A stretch of 30,399 bases of DNA from a virus (lineage: Duplodnaviria > Caudoviricetes), in the IMG/VR virus record IMGVR_UViG_3300027963_000230, positions 1 to 30,399 of that record; one strand, given 5' to 3'. Below the pieces are notes generated by a model that worked only from the letters and a program-made list of their open reading frames with translations, had not been told where the DNA came from and did no database searches. The number at the start of each line of letters is the position of its first letter. Within the stretch, counting starts at the first letter, position 1. Below are positions 1 to 7,679 of this stretch, piece after piece. The translations under genes and the position numbers were made by a program.

Positions 1-153
1 GATGCACAGGCCACCAAGATTCGCGAGCAAGAGGAGTATATCAATCGGTTAGTGAAAGCTGGAAACTACTTAGACGAATGTCTTTTATCTATAGCTGGAG
101 AGAATCTTCCAGCAAAGCAATTGTGGCTCAAAGCCAAGGAGGCCAAGCCGTGA
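1..153 (+). CDS. Hypothetical protein, 3' end (partial)
   Basis: Frame 1 is open from the window edge (DAQATKIREQEEY...KAKEAKP) to TGA at 151-153. Confidence 0.65.
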   Translation, partial: DAQATKIREQEEYINRLVKAGNYLDECLLSIAGENLPAKQLWLKAKEAKP

Positions 154-172
154 ACCATAACAACAAAACAAA

Positions 173-826
173 ATGAACATATTCAACCCAACAAAACAAC
201 AACACGACCCAGTCGACTTGATGAAACAAGCCGACCATCTACTCAACAAGACCGAGCGCAAGCAAGGCTGGCCATACTATGATCTAAAGCACGCGATTCA
301 ATTCGCGCAGATGGTTGTAAAGTTGAGTAAGATCCCCAGCAAAAAGGCTACGATCAACACACTCACGCTAAGACAGCAGCCTCAGACCGTTCGTGCTCGC
401 CTGTCACAGGGCAAAGCATTCCTCGTAGACAAGGGCGCAGGGATTCTTCGCGGCCAAATCCACGAAGACGATATCCCTCTCGTGTCTGAGCTCTCCGAGA
501 AAGTCCAGATCTCAGTGCGCAAAGTCAACCTCATCATCGAACTCGTCGAGCCTGTGGATAATATCCTCGACGCAATGACTCCGCTGATGGGCGGCAGCGA
601 CGAAGATCCCTTTACATTCAACGAAGAGATCTTCCGCGACCAGATCGCAGAGTTCATGAACAGCGGAGAGATCGGATCACAGGCAAGCTGGCAAAACTAC
701 ACCAGCAGCGCAGAGAAATATGCCAGACAGCTTGCGCTACAAGACAACACTATCCTGATCGAGACAACGCCCACCGAACTTATCGTGATGAAGATGAGTG
801 AGGAGATGTTGAAAGGGTTAGAGTAA
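173..826 (+). CDS. Hypothetical phage protein (217 aa)
   Basis: Long ORF with an A-rich leader; no recognisable motif. Confidence 0.8.
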   Translation: MNIFNPTKQQHDPVDLMKQADHLLNKTERKQGWPYYDLKHAIQFAQMVVKLSKIPSKKATINTLTLRQQPQTVRARLSQGKAFLVDKGAGILRGQIHEDDIPLVSELSEKVQISVRKVNLIIELVEPVDNILDAMTPLMGGSDEDPFTFNEEIFRDQIAEFMNSGEIGSQASWQNYTSSAEKYARQLALQDNTILIETTPTELIVMKMSEEMLKGLE

Positions 827-842
827 ACCACCAAACAACACA

Positions 843-1256
843 GTGCAAATCTTCCTACCCTACGCAGACATCGAACAGTCTGCCCGCGTGCTAGACACAC
901 AGCGGCTCATGAAACAAAGGGTCGAGAGCTATCAGATTCTCAACACCCTACAAGGCAAGTCAACTGGCTGGCGCAGTCATCCCGCCGTGCGCATGGTCAA
1001 AGACTATCCAGCGTGGTTGTGTTTGTATTCAATTAAAATTTGTCAAGAAGCACGCCGCCGTGGCTATCAAGACAGCCTACTCCCTCATTTCGAACGCGAG
1101 ATTCTCACATATCCTTACATCATCCAGCCACACTGGCTCGGTTGTTATCTGCACAAGACGCATCAGAGTAATCTGATCCGCAAGAAAGCAGACTACTACA
1201 GACCACACTTTCCAAATGTCCCAGACAATCTACCTTACTTCTGGCCACCGCTATGA
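843..1256 (+). CDS. Pyrimidine-dimer DNA glycosylase / endonuclease V-like protein (MSMEG_6728-type)
   Basis: GTG start. MQIFLPY...LD..RL.KQRVE..QIL...GW.SHPAVRM...H.SNL.RK matches the family pattern. Confidence 0.8.
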   Translation: MQIFLPYADIEQSARVLDTQRLMKQRVESYQILNTLQGKSTGWRSHPAVRMVKDYPAWLCLYSIKICQEARRRGYQDSLLPHFEREILTYPYIIQPHWLGCYLHKTHQSNLIRKKADYYRPHFPNVPDNLPYFWPPL

Positions 1257-1699
1257 AACCACTCATGCTAGCCATAACAATCTTCGCCACGGAAACAACA
1301 CTCATTGCTCTGCATCAAGACTTCGAAGCAAAGCTCCGAGCCATCAGCCAAATCGAAAGCAACGACAACGACAAAGCCAAAGGCAGACACGGTGAACTCT
1401 CACGCTATCAAATCAAACGCGCCGTCTGGCGACAGCATTTCCCTGACGAGAAAGATATGCGCCATGTTCCAGCAGAAGCGAGGCGCTGTGCTAAGGCGCA
1501 TCTATGCTGGCTTGAACTCAAGCTCTGCCTCGCCCAAGGAACCAAGCATCCAAACCCGCGAGATGTTTACGCCGCGTGGAATATTGGACTTAAGGCTTAC
1601 TCTCGCAGAGATTACACTCTTGCTAAACTCCCAAGCAATATCAGACAAAGAGCGGACAGATTTACAAACCTATATGAAGACTACAGAAACCATCAGTGA
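1253..1699 (+). CDS. Lytic transglycosylase / lysozyme-like protein
   Basis: AISQIES (catalytic Glu motif), RYQI (GxxQI-like) and AAWNIG (AAYNAG-like); hydrophobic N-terminus. Confidence 0.65.
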   Translation: MKPLMLAITIFATETTLIALHQDFEAKLRAISQIESNDNDKAKGRHGELSRYQIKRAVWRQHFPDEKDMRHVPAEARRCAKAHLCWLELKLCLAQGTKHPNPRDVYAAWNIGLKAYSRRDYTLAKLPSNIRQRADRFTNLYEDYRNHQ

Positions 1700-1889
1700 T
1701 AATGTCACACACGCCACCGTCGAAAAGCTAGAGCAAGCCCCGCCAAGGAAGCATTACTTCTATGCCTATCAATACAGCTTCAACGGCGCATGGTTCTCGA
1801 CCATGTTACACTACACGCCGGAAGAAGCATTCAATGACATGAGAGACTCTGGAATCGTGCACAAGAAACTTTGTTGTATTGTTCTATGA
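1674..1889 (+). CDS. Hypothetical protein (71 aa)
   Basis: 3' part of track ORF 1305..1889 from the ATG at 1674 (MKTTETISD...). It fills the gap and has an ATGA overlap with the next gene. Confidence 0.6.
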   Translation: MKTTETISDNVTHATVEKLEQAPPRKHYFYAYQYSFNGAWFSTMLHYTPEEAFNDMRDSGIVHKKLCCIVL

Positions 1890-2119
1890 CAACAAACAAC
1901 AACACACAACTAAACGAACTCGATCTTCTTCTCGGCCTACCTAAGCCAGTCGAAGAGATGACAGACAAAGAACTCGAACGCTTTCTCCTTCAGCACTTTC
2001 CCCATACACGTCCGACCGGCACCGATCTCGCTTCCCTGCTCAACGATCCTCTGCTAAAAGGCATAGACGTTCAAGCCATCATCAATCAAACTCAGAACTT
2101 TAAGTTTAAGAAATCATGA
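1886..2119 (+). CDS. Hypothetical protein (77 aa)
   Basis: ATGA coupling at both ends (1886-1889 and 2116-2119). Confidence 0.7.
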   Translation: MTTNNNTQLNELDLLLGLPKPVEEMTDKELERFLLQHFPHTRPTGTDLASLLNDPLLKGIDVQAIINQTQNFKFKKS

Positions 2120-3042
2120 AACTATCCTACAAAGATCTGCCGCACGAAGGCATTCCCTCTGTCATCCCAATCAACGCTTCTGGCCTAAAGATCTCAGCGT
2201 GTCCGCGCCGTTGGTTCTTCACAGTCTTCCTCGGCCTCAAGCCCACCGAAGACATCACCGCCTTGACGGTGGGCAAGATCATCCATAAGTTCGCAGAGAA
2301 CATAGCCTTCGACCGGAGCGGAGAGAAGTGGCAAGATGCCTGTATGGAGGCGTTCAAAGCGGCAAAGGAGAAGAACCTCCCAGTAAAGGATCAAGATCAG
2401 ATTCGCAAAGCCCTCACGGCTGCACCTTTGTCTTCTCTCCCACAGCCTCTAAAGTTCGGCGACAATCGAGGGGCTGAGTTTCACTTCAACATCCCAGTCG
2501 TCGACCGACCGGGCTTCGCATACATGGGCACAGTAGACGTGCTATCTGCAACGCCCGCCGGGATCGTTCAGATCACAGACTATAAGACCACGCGCAAGTA
2601 TGCCTTCAAGGACGCAGTCGCGGGCTACGAAGGCGACACGCAGTTTTCTTTCTACTACTATATCTTCAACAAGTTTGCCTATGATATCTTCCGCGACGAT
2701 ATCAACTATGCAAACTCTGCATGGTATCGACGCATGGTGATCCGCACGTTGATCGTACAGATCTCTCTTCCCGCCCCAGCGTGGAGGCTTGGCCCAGACT
2801 GGAGCTTCACTGAGGAGCAGTTAGTTGAATTTGGGGTCGAGGTTAAAGATAAGATCGACACATTCTCCAACGATATCAACGAAGCCTTGGCCCACGATAA
2901 GCTCCCGCCGCCTAGCGGCAAGGCTTGCAACGCCTGCCCGAGCTGTCCATTCAAGCGTATCTGCTTTGCACAGAACGCCGTGCAGCTTGAACTCTTTTTG
3001 TCGGAGTGTTCTATAACTAAGTATGAACCTCTGGCTTGGTAA
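2116..3042 (+). CDS. PD-(D/E)XK Cas4-like exonuclease with Fe-S cluster
   Basis: SACPRR near the N-terminus, G..IH, GTVD, ITDYKT, Q..YY, and a C-terminal cysteine cluster CNACPSCPFKRIC. Confidence 0.85.
   Translation: MKLSYKDLPHEGIPSVIPINASGLKISACPRRWFFTVFLGLKPTEDITALTVGKIIHKFAENIAFDRSGEKWQDACMEAFKAAKEKNLPVKDQDQIRKALTAAPLSSLPQPLKFGDNRGAEFHFNIPVVDRPGFAYMGTVDVLSATPAGIVQITDYKTTRKYAFKDAVAGYEGDTQFSFYYYIFNKFAYDIFRDDINYANSAWYRRMVIRTLIVQISLPAPAWRLGPDWSFTEEQLVEFGVEVKDKIDTFSNDINEALAHDKLPPPSGKACNACPSCPFKRICFAQNAVQLELFLSECSITKYEPLAW
2888..2905 (+). promoter_or_regulatory. Repeated motif TGGCCCA-N4-AAGCTCC, copy 1 (putative promoter, GG-N10-GC)
   Basis: TGGCCCAcgatAAGCTCC, inside the exonuclease gene and 150 nt upstream of the ATPase start. 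Confidence 0.55.
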
Positions 3043-3054
3043 AAACTAAAACAT

Positions 3055-3777
3055 ATGACAATTGAAACAGTCGAAAAATACTCAGCAATAACCCCAACGA
3101 TCGCACCTAAATGGCCACGAACTCTAATCGCCCTCGTGGGTCCGAGTGGCTGCGGCAAGTCTACATCCTTCCGCAACGTAGATCCCGCGCGCACAGTTAT
3201 CTTCGATGCCGAGCGAAAAGGTATGCCCTTTCGTGTGCGCACAGAAGGATTGGTCATTCCGATCGACAGCTATGATAAGCTCACGGTCGAGCTGAACAAG
3301 CTGAAGAAAGACACCACGAAAGATCTCGTCGTGATCGACTCTATCACCGCCGCCATCGACCAGCTTCAGGTCAAGTGTGAAATGATTTATAAGGGCTTTG
3401 ACATCTGGAAGAACTATAACGACGGCATCCAGACTCTCTGTACGAATCTCAAAGACCTCAACAAAACCGTGATCATCACCGGCCTAGAAGAGATCGTTCC
3501 TATCCAAGGCCTCGACGGCAGCATGACAACTCGCCGCCGTCTCTACGTTCAAGGTAAAGAGTGGGCAAACAAAGGTATCGAGTCTGAGTGCCTTGCTGTG
3601 TGGTCTGTCTATGCAAAGAAAGAAAAAGGCAGCGACACGATCCAATACTTCTTCGCCACGCAGACCGACGGCGTGACCACCGCGAAGACTCCTATCTTCT
3701 GGGGCTTGCCTAATCCCATGGAGAATTGCGTAGTCAAGGCGTTGAACAAAATAGCAGTAGAACTTCTGAAGCCCTAA
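3055..3777 (+). CDS. AAA_24 / Sak4-like P-loop ATPase (putative single-strand annealing protein)
   Basis: Walker A GPSGCGKST, FDAERKG and Walker B VVIDSIT; sits between the exonuclease and a putative SSB. Confidence 0.8.
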   Translation: MTIETVEKYSAITPTIAPKWPRTLIALVGPSGCGKSTSFRNVDPARTVIFDAERKGMPFRVRTEGLVIPIDSYDKLTVELNKLKKDTTKDLVVIDSITAAIDQLQVKCEMIYKGFDIWKNYNDGIQTLCTNLKDLNKTVIITGLEEIVPIQGLDGSMTTRRRLYVQGKEWANKGIESECLAVWSVYAKKEKGSDTIQYFFATQTDGVTTAKTPIFWGLPNPMENCVVKALNKIAVELLKP

Positions 3778-3781
3778 AATT

Positions 3782-4027
3782 ATGAGCGAATATATTCCAG
3801 CCAACGATAAACAATATCCCGAAAAAGAAGCCGAGATCCGAGTGATTCTTAAAGTCAAACAGAACTCTGACGGTAGCGTTACCGGTTATGTCTATAGCTT
3901 CGACATCAATAACTACGAAGGTCTTATTCCGAACGCTACTCATCTCCTTAGAGAGTATGACTTTGAGTATGCTACAGATAAGATGATCGAAGTAACGATT
4001 GATCACGTCCTCAAAAACAGAGCTTAA
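3782..4027 (+). CDS. Hypothetical protein (81 aa)
   Basis: In-operon ORF starting 4 nt after the previous stop. Confidence 0.7.
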   Translation: MSEYIPANDKQYPEKEAEIRVILKVKQNSDGSVTGYVYSFDINNYEGLIPNATHLLREYDFEYATDKMIEVTIDHVLKNRA

Positions 4028-4032
4028 CAACT

Positions 4033-4050
4033 TGGCCCACAGAAAGCTCC
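4033..4050 (+). promoter_or_regulatory. Repeated motif TGGCCCA-N4-AAGCTCC, copy 2
   Basis: TGGCCCAcagaAAGCTCC, intergenic, upstream of the ATG at 4098. Confidence 0.65.
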
Positions 4051-4097
4051 TCCCCATTTGTCGGTGACCGTTAAACAAACAAACAAACAAAACTAAA

Positions 4098-4613
4098 ATG
4101 AAAAAAGGTACTGAAGTCAAGATCGGATTCATCCCCGCCAACGTGTACAAGGTTCTTGTCCACCGCACCGAGACCCGCCAGAGCGGTAAGGGATTCAAGA
4201 TGGTTGTCTGTGAGTGCGAGATCGTTGCGCCCGAGACTGCTATCGCCAACGGTACAACCTATAAGACCCTCGGTTCGAAGGGCAATATGTACATCATGTT
4301 AGAGAACAAGAACGGCGTGGACTCTGCGCTTGAGCTTCTTGCCGCGCCGCTGCAGGTTGTCGGTCTGTATGACAATCTCCCCGAAGATTACTCCGACGTA
4401 GATGTGGCTGAGGTTCTGTCCTCGCTGCAAGGTCACGCCTTCAATATGCTCGTTCAGTCTCAGCCCGAGTATGTCAGCGACGATCCTTCCAACAGCCGCG
4501 ATCTCAAGTTCGCCAAGCGCGACGAGAACGGCGAGGCTATCATCAAGCGATACAACACTCAGTTTGATTTCTCTCAGGTCAAAGGCGTTGCCTCTCTCCT
4601 GTCTGCATTTTAA
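4098..4613 (+). CDS. Putative single-stranded DNA-binding protein (DUF669-like OB fold)
   Basis: IPANVYKV.V...E..QSGKG..M.V.E.EI pattern and position after the Sak4-like ATPase. It lacks an acidic tail, so the function is tentative. Confidence 0.55.
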   Translation: MKKGTEVKIGFIPANVYKVLVHRTETRQSGKGFKMVVCECEIVAPETAIANGTTYKTLGSKGNMYIMLENKNGVDSALELLAAPLQVVGLYDNLPEDYSDVDVAEVLSSLQGHAFNMLVQSQPEYVSDDPSNSRDLKFAKRDENGEAIIKRYNTQFDFSQVKGVASLLSAF

Positions 4614-4614
4614 G

Positions 4615-4790
4615 TCTATCAGATAGAATGGTTACTATCGAGTAGACATGCGCCTCTTAGAGAGACTGCGAGACTTTCTAAGAGGTTTGATTTTGTGGTA
4701 AGGAATAGAGCGCAGAGAGAACCTGCGACTTGGGATTTGTGAACTCCCTTCATTGAACACCTTACCACTACGTTAGACATATCGCACCGC
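4615..4790 (+). ncRNA. Candidate structured RNA or cis-element
   Basis: 12-bp hairpin 4653-4664/4674-4685, and a 9-bp helix 4695-4703/4760-4768 enclosing smaller hairpins, in the largest non-coding gap of the window. Confidence 0.5.
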
Positions 4791-4791
4791 T

Positions 4792-4817
4792 GGCAGACCG
4801 GATAAAGTCTGCCTTTT
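4792..4817 (+). terminator. Rho-independent terminator
   Basis: GGCAGAC-8 nt loop-GTCTGCC followed by TTTTATTTT. Confidence 0.75.
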
Positions 4818-4841
4818 ATTTTCTCTTAAATTAACCACCTA

Positions 4842-6272
4842 ATGATAGCTCTTGTACTACATGGACCTTCGCGCTTTGATAAAGAAAACAACGGCATCCT
4901 CCTCGGACCCGCCGGAGATTTTGTTCGTGCTGTGTTGGCTCATCATAATCTTGACTTGGATAATCCATCTGCTATTTTTGTAACCTTTGCAGACGACTTC
5001 TTCAAGAACTCCAACAAGCCCAGCGGAATCAAGAAGATCATCTTTGCCGGAGCCAAAGCCCTAGATTATCTGCCGCTCGCCAAAGATAAAACCCTAGATG
5101 CCTTTCGCGGCGTAGTCTATACCTCAGCCAACAAGACGCAATACATCGTAACCTATTGGCCACAAGACTGTGTTGACGCATGGGCTATGGAAGATGCTTT
5201 GGATGGAGACAATGACAATGAAGATGCACTCGACAAAGACGACGGCAAAAGCACATCCCCAACTAAGCGCAGTAACTACTCTTTCTGGTTCGCACAAGAC
5301 ATCAAGAAACTCCTATCATATGACCCCCAAAAAGTTCAACCTGAACCCCAAGTCTACAACTGCCAGCGAGCAGACCAATGCACAAGTGTCTTCGACCACG
5401 AAGGTCCGATCTTCTTCGACATCGAAACCCATCCTAAGACTAACACTCTCACCTGTCTTGCCATCGCGTGTGGAGACAGCCCTGTTTACTCTGTTCCTGT
5501 GTACGATTGGGGCGGCAATCTCAATGTCGGTGTGGTATTCTTTGCACGGTTCATAAGAGAGCTAAAGAAACGCAGAGTCGTCATACACAACGCTCTCTTC
5601 GATCTCTGCTTTCTCGCCGCCTTCTACAAAATCCCATTTGGAACTGATATCTATGACACCATGGTCGCAGGCCACAGAATCTTTCCGGAAGCTGAGAAGT
5701 CTCTGGCCCATCAAGCAACGCTTTTTTCTAACCGACCCTTCCACAAAGATGAAGCAGGGAACTTTGATCCTCGCAATCGAGCACAATTTGAGCAGCTCCG
5801 CGCTTACAATGTTAAAGACGTTATTGTCCTCCGAGAGATTTACTACGGTCAGATTGACCTCATCTCAAGGGACCGTGGACTTCAAGACTCTGTCGATCAA
5901 GCTAGTAGATCCCTCGCAGACTACGCCTTCATGTCCCTCCACGGAATGCACTTCGATCCCGTCAAGCGACAGTACATTGTAAGAAAGTGTGAAGAGAGAT
6001 ACAAACAGCTCAATCGCGTCCTCAAGATTCTCGTCGGCTTCGACCTCAATCCCGGCAGTCCAGATCAGGTCGTTAAGTATCTTCATCAGCAGCTAAGATA
6101 TAAACCGGAGAAGACAACAGACAAAGGCGCACCCTCTGTCGCTGGGGATGCTCTCTATAAGATCAAGATCAAACACCCTAAGAACGTAGCCATTGACGTG
6201 ATCTTCGAGATGCGTCGTATGGTGAAGCTTAAAGGTATGCTAGGATTTCAACAGTGGATTTGGGAATATTAA
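4842..6272 (+). CDS. polA: DNA polymerase A, N-terminal part: UDG-like domain, 3'-5' exonuclease and thumb
   Basis: Family-4 UDG-like patterns (LLGPAG..V, FAG.KA...L...FRG, VTYWP); ExoI FDIET, ExoII HNALFD, ExoIII YNVKD; thumb region FDLNPGSPDQV...KTTDKGAPSV. Confidence 0.88.
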   Translation: MIALVLHGPSRFDKENNGILLGPAGDFVRAVLAHHNLDLDNPSAIFVTFADDFFKNSNKPSGIKKIIFAGAKALDYLPLAKDKTLDAFRGVVYTSANKTQYIVTYWPQDCVDAWAMEDALDGDNDNEDALDKDDGKSTSPTKRSNYSFWFAQDIKKLLSYDPQKVQPEPQVYNCQRADQCTSVFDHEGPIFFDIETHPKTNTLTCLAIACGDSPVYSVPVYDWGGNLNVGVVFFARFIRELKKRRVVIHNALFDLCFLAAFYKIPFGTDIYDTMVAGHRIFPEAEKSLAHQATLFSNRPFHKDEAGNFDPRNRAQFEQLRAYNVKDVIVLREIYYGQIDLISRDRGLQDSVDQASRSLADYAFMSLHGMHFDPVKRQYIVRKCEERYKQLNRVLKILVGFDLNPGSPDQVVKYLHQQLRYKPEKTTDKGAPSVAGDALYKIKIKHPKNVAIDVIFEMRRMVKLKGMLGFQQWIWEY

Positions 6273-6284
6273 TTTAGGAACAAA

Positions 6285-7130
6285 ATGCAAGATATTAAAA
6301 TAAAAGACGAATCAATCGCAGCCTCCTTCATGCGCGCCGCTGTGTATGACGAGAGCAAGTTTGGCCACGTGATCTCAATGCCAAAGCTTAACGGCCTAAG
6401 ATGTATGTATCTTCCCGGCCAAGGCTTTTATTCGCGAGACGGCAAGCGGTGGAATGATTCTGTGCTGTCCTATATCGTTCCGCCAAAGACAGACTACATC
6501 ATCGACGGCGAGTTGTATTGTCACGGCATGAGCCTTCAGGCCATCAATAGCGCAGTGGCAGTCACTCGCATACATCCCGGCCCTAAGGCTCAAAAGATAA
6601 CCTTCAATGCATTCGACATCGTAGAGCCTAAGTTCAACGCCATGACGCGTATGCTTATGCTAGACAAGATTCTCCGCGACGATTACTTATCGGCCGGAAT
6701 GTATCTCGTAGACTGGGAAATCTGCAAGTCACGCATTGATCTCGACAAGGCCTATGAAAAGTATCTCGCCCTCAACTATGAAGGCCAGATGCTCAAGAGC
6801 GTGTTCGGTTCTTATATGCCACAGGGTGAGAAGGAACGCCCGACGATGAACCTGCAGAAGCGCAAGGCATTTCTCGACGACGAGTTCGAATGCATTGGGC
6901 GCGTCGTCTCGACGGAAGGTAAATGCAAGGGTAAGCTAGGCGCACTTAAGTTCATCACTTCAAGGGGCGTAAGCTTCGAAGTGGGCACAGGCTTCACCGA
7001 CGAAGAACGCGAAGAGTATATCTCCAAAGACTATCACTTCCAAAAGAAAGCAACGATCAAGTATCTCAACCTCACAGACGACGGTCGCCCGTTCAATGCG
7101 TCGTTTATTGGATGGCGCGAGAATCTCTAA
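6285..7130 (+). CDS. lig: Minimal ATP-dependent DNA ligase
   Basis: Motif I PKLNGLRC, SRDGK, IIDGELY, FDI, EGQMLK, QKRK, and OB domain VGTGFTD...TIKY. Confidence 0.92.
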   Translation: MQDIKIKDESIAASFMRAAVYDESKFGHVISMPKLNGLRCMYLPGQGFYSRDGKRWNDSVLSYIVPPKTDYIIDGELYCHGMSLQAINSAVAVTRIHPGPKAQKITFNAFDIVEPKFNAMTRMLMLDKILRDDYLSAGMYLVDWEICKSRIDLDKAYEKYLALNYEGQMLKSVFGSYMPQGEKERPTMNLQKRKAFLDDEFECIGRVVSTEGKCKGKLGALKFITSRGVSFEVGTGFTDEEREEYISKDYHFQKKATIKYLNLTDDGRPFNASFIGWRENL

Positions 7131-7134
7131 AAAT

Positions 7135-7677
7135 ATGTTCACAAGAAACCTACCCAAGCATCTCTATCTAAACGTAGACACAGCCTTCACGCACAAACAT
7201 CCGCAAGGCTATATGCCTGCGATATGGTTCGCCATAACGTCAACGCCCGGTCGCGCATGGGGCTGTCATGTCTTGCTGGAGAACGGTGCAATCTATCGCA
7301 ATCTTCCGCTCCATGCGCTATACTTTGGATCTGATATATTTCCCAGCGAATGGCCGCTTAAACAAGCTCAACGCTGGGATTGCTACGGTTGGAATTTCGA
7401 AACTATCCAGTACACTTATCTGCGCGGTCAGCGTTGTATGGCAGATTGCGACGGCCTTATATACTACGGTGACTATCTCTTCACAGCCGCGCCTTTTGAC
7501 GATGGCTTCAGCGACGATCCAGAACAGAACAAAGAGTTCCTCTTTATCGAACTCGACAACGGTCGCGTCACGGTCCAGCCCACGAACAAAGTCATGATCC
7601 TCGACGATAGCTTTCATAAGAATACTGACTGGCCGACGGGCCTTAAAGTATCTAAAGAGATTTATTCCTGCGAATAG
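7135..7677 (+). CDS. Hypothetical phage protein (180 aa)
   Basis: ATG 4 nt after the ligase stop; aromatic-rich globular sequence (LLENGAIYRNLPLHAL, WDCYG). Confidence 0.8.
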   Translation: MFTRNLPKHLYLNVDTAFTHKHPQGYMPAIWFAITSTPGRAWGCHVLLENGAIYRNLPLHALYFGSDIFPSEWPLKQAQRWDCYGWNFETIQYTYLRGQRCMADCDGLIYYGDYLFTAAPFDDGFSDDPEQNKEFLFIELDNGRVTVQPTNKVMILDDSFHKNTDWPTGLKVSKEIYSCE

Positions 7678-7679
7678 AT

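Noticed and set aside
131-161. AAGGAGG Shine-Dalgarno-like site with GCCAAG direct repeat
   Set aside because: The following GTG opens only three codons, the next real start is about 30 nt away, and there is a single copy in the window.
1305-1673. 5' extension of the 194-aa track ORF 1305..1889
   Set aside because: It overlaps the transglycosylase-like gene in another frame; the ATG at 1674 gives a normal short overlap.
2116-3042. CRISPR-Cas system suggested by the Cas4-like gene
   Set aside because: No repeat-spacer array or other cas genes; stand-alone Cas4-like nucleases are common in phages.
4695-4770. tRNA gene (74-nt multibranch fold)
   Set aside because: No T-loop GTTCRA, no D-loop pattern and no 7-nt anticodon arm geometry; kept only as an unclassified structured element.
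6273-7679. Group I intron or split intein explaining the polA break
   Set aside because: The interval is fully occupied by two genes with spacers of 12 nt or less, there is no homing endonuclease, and no intein Cys/Ser start or His-Asn end flanks the break.
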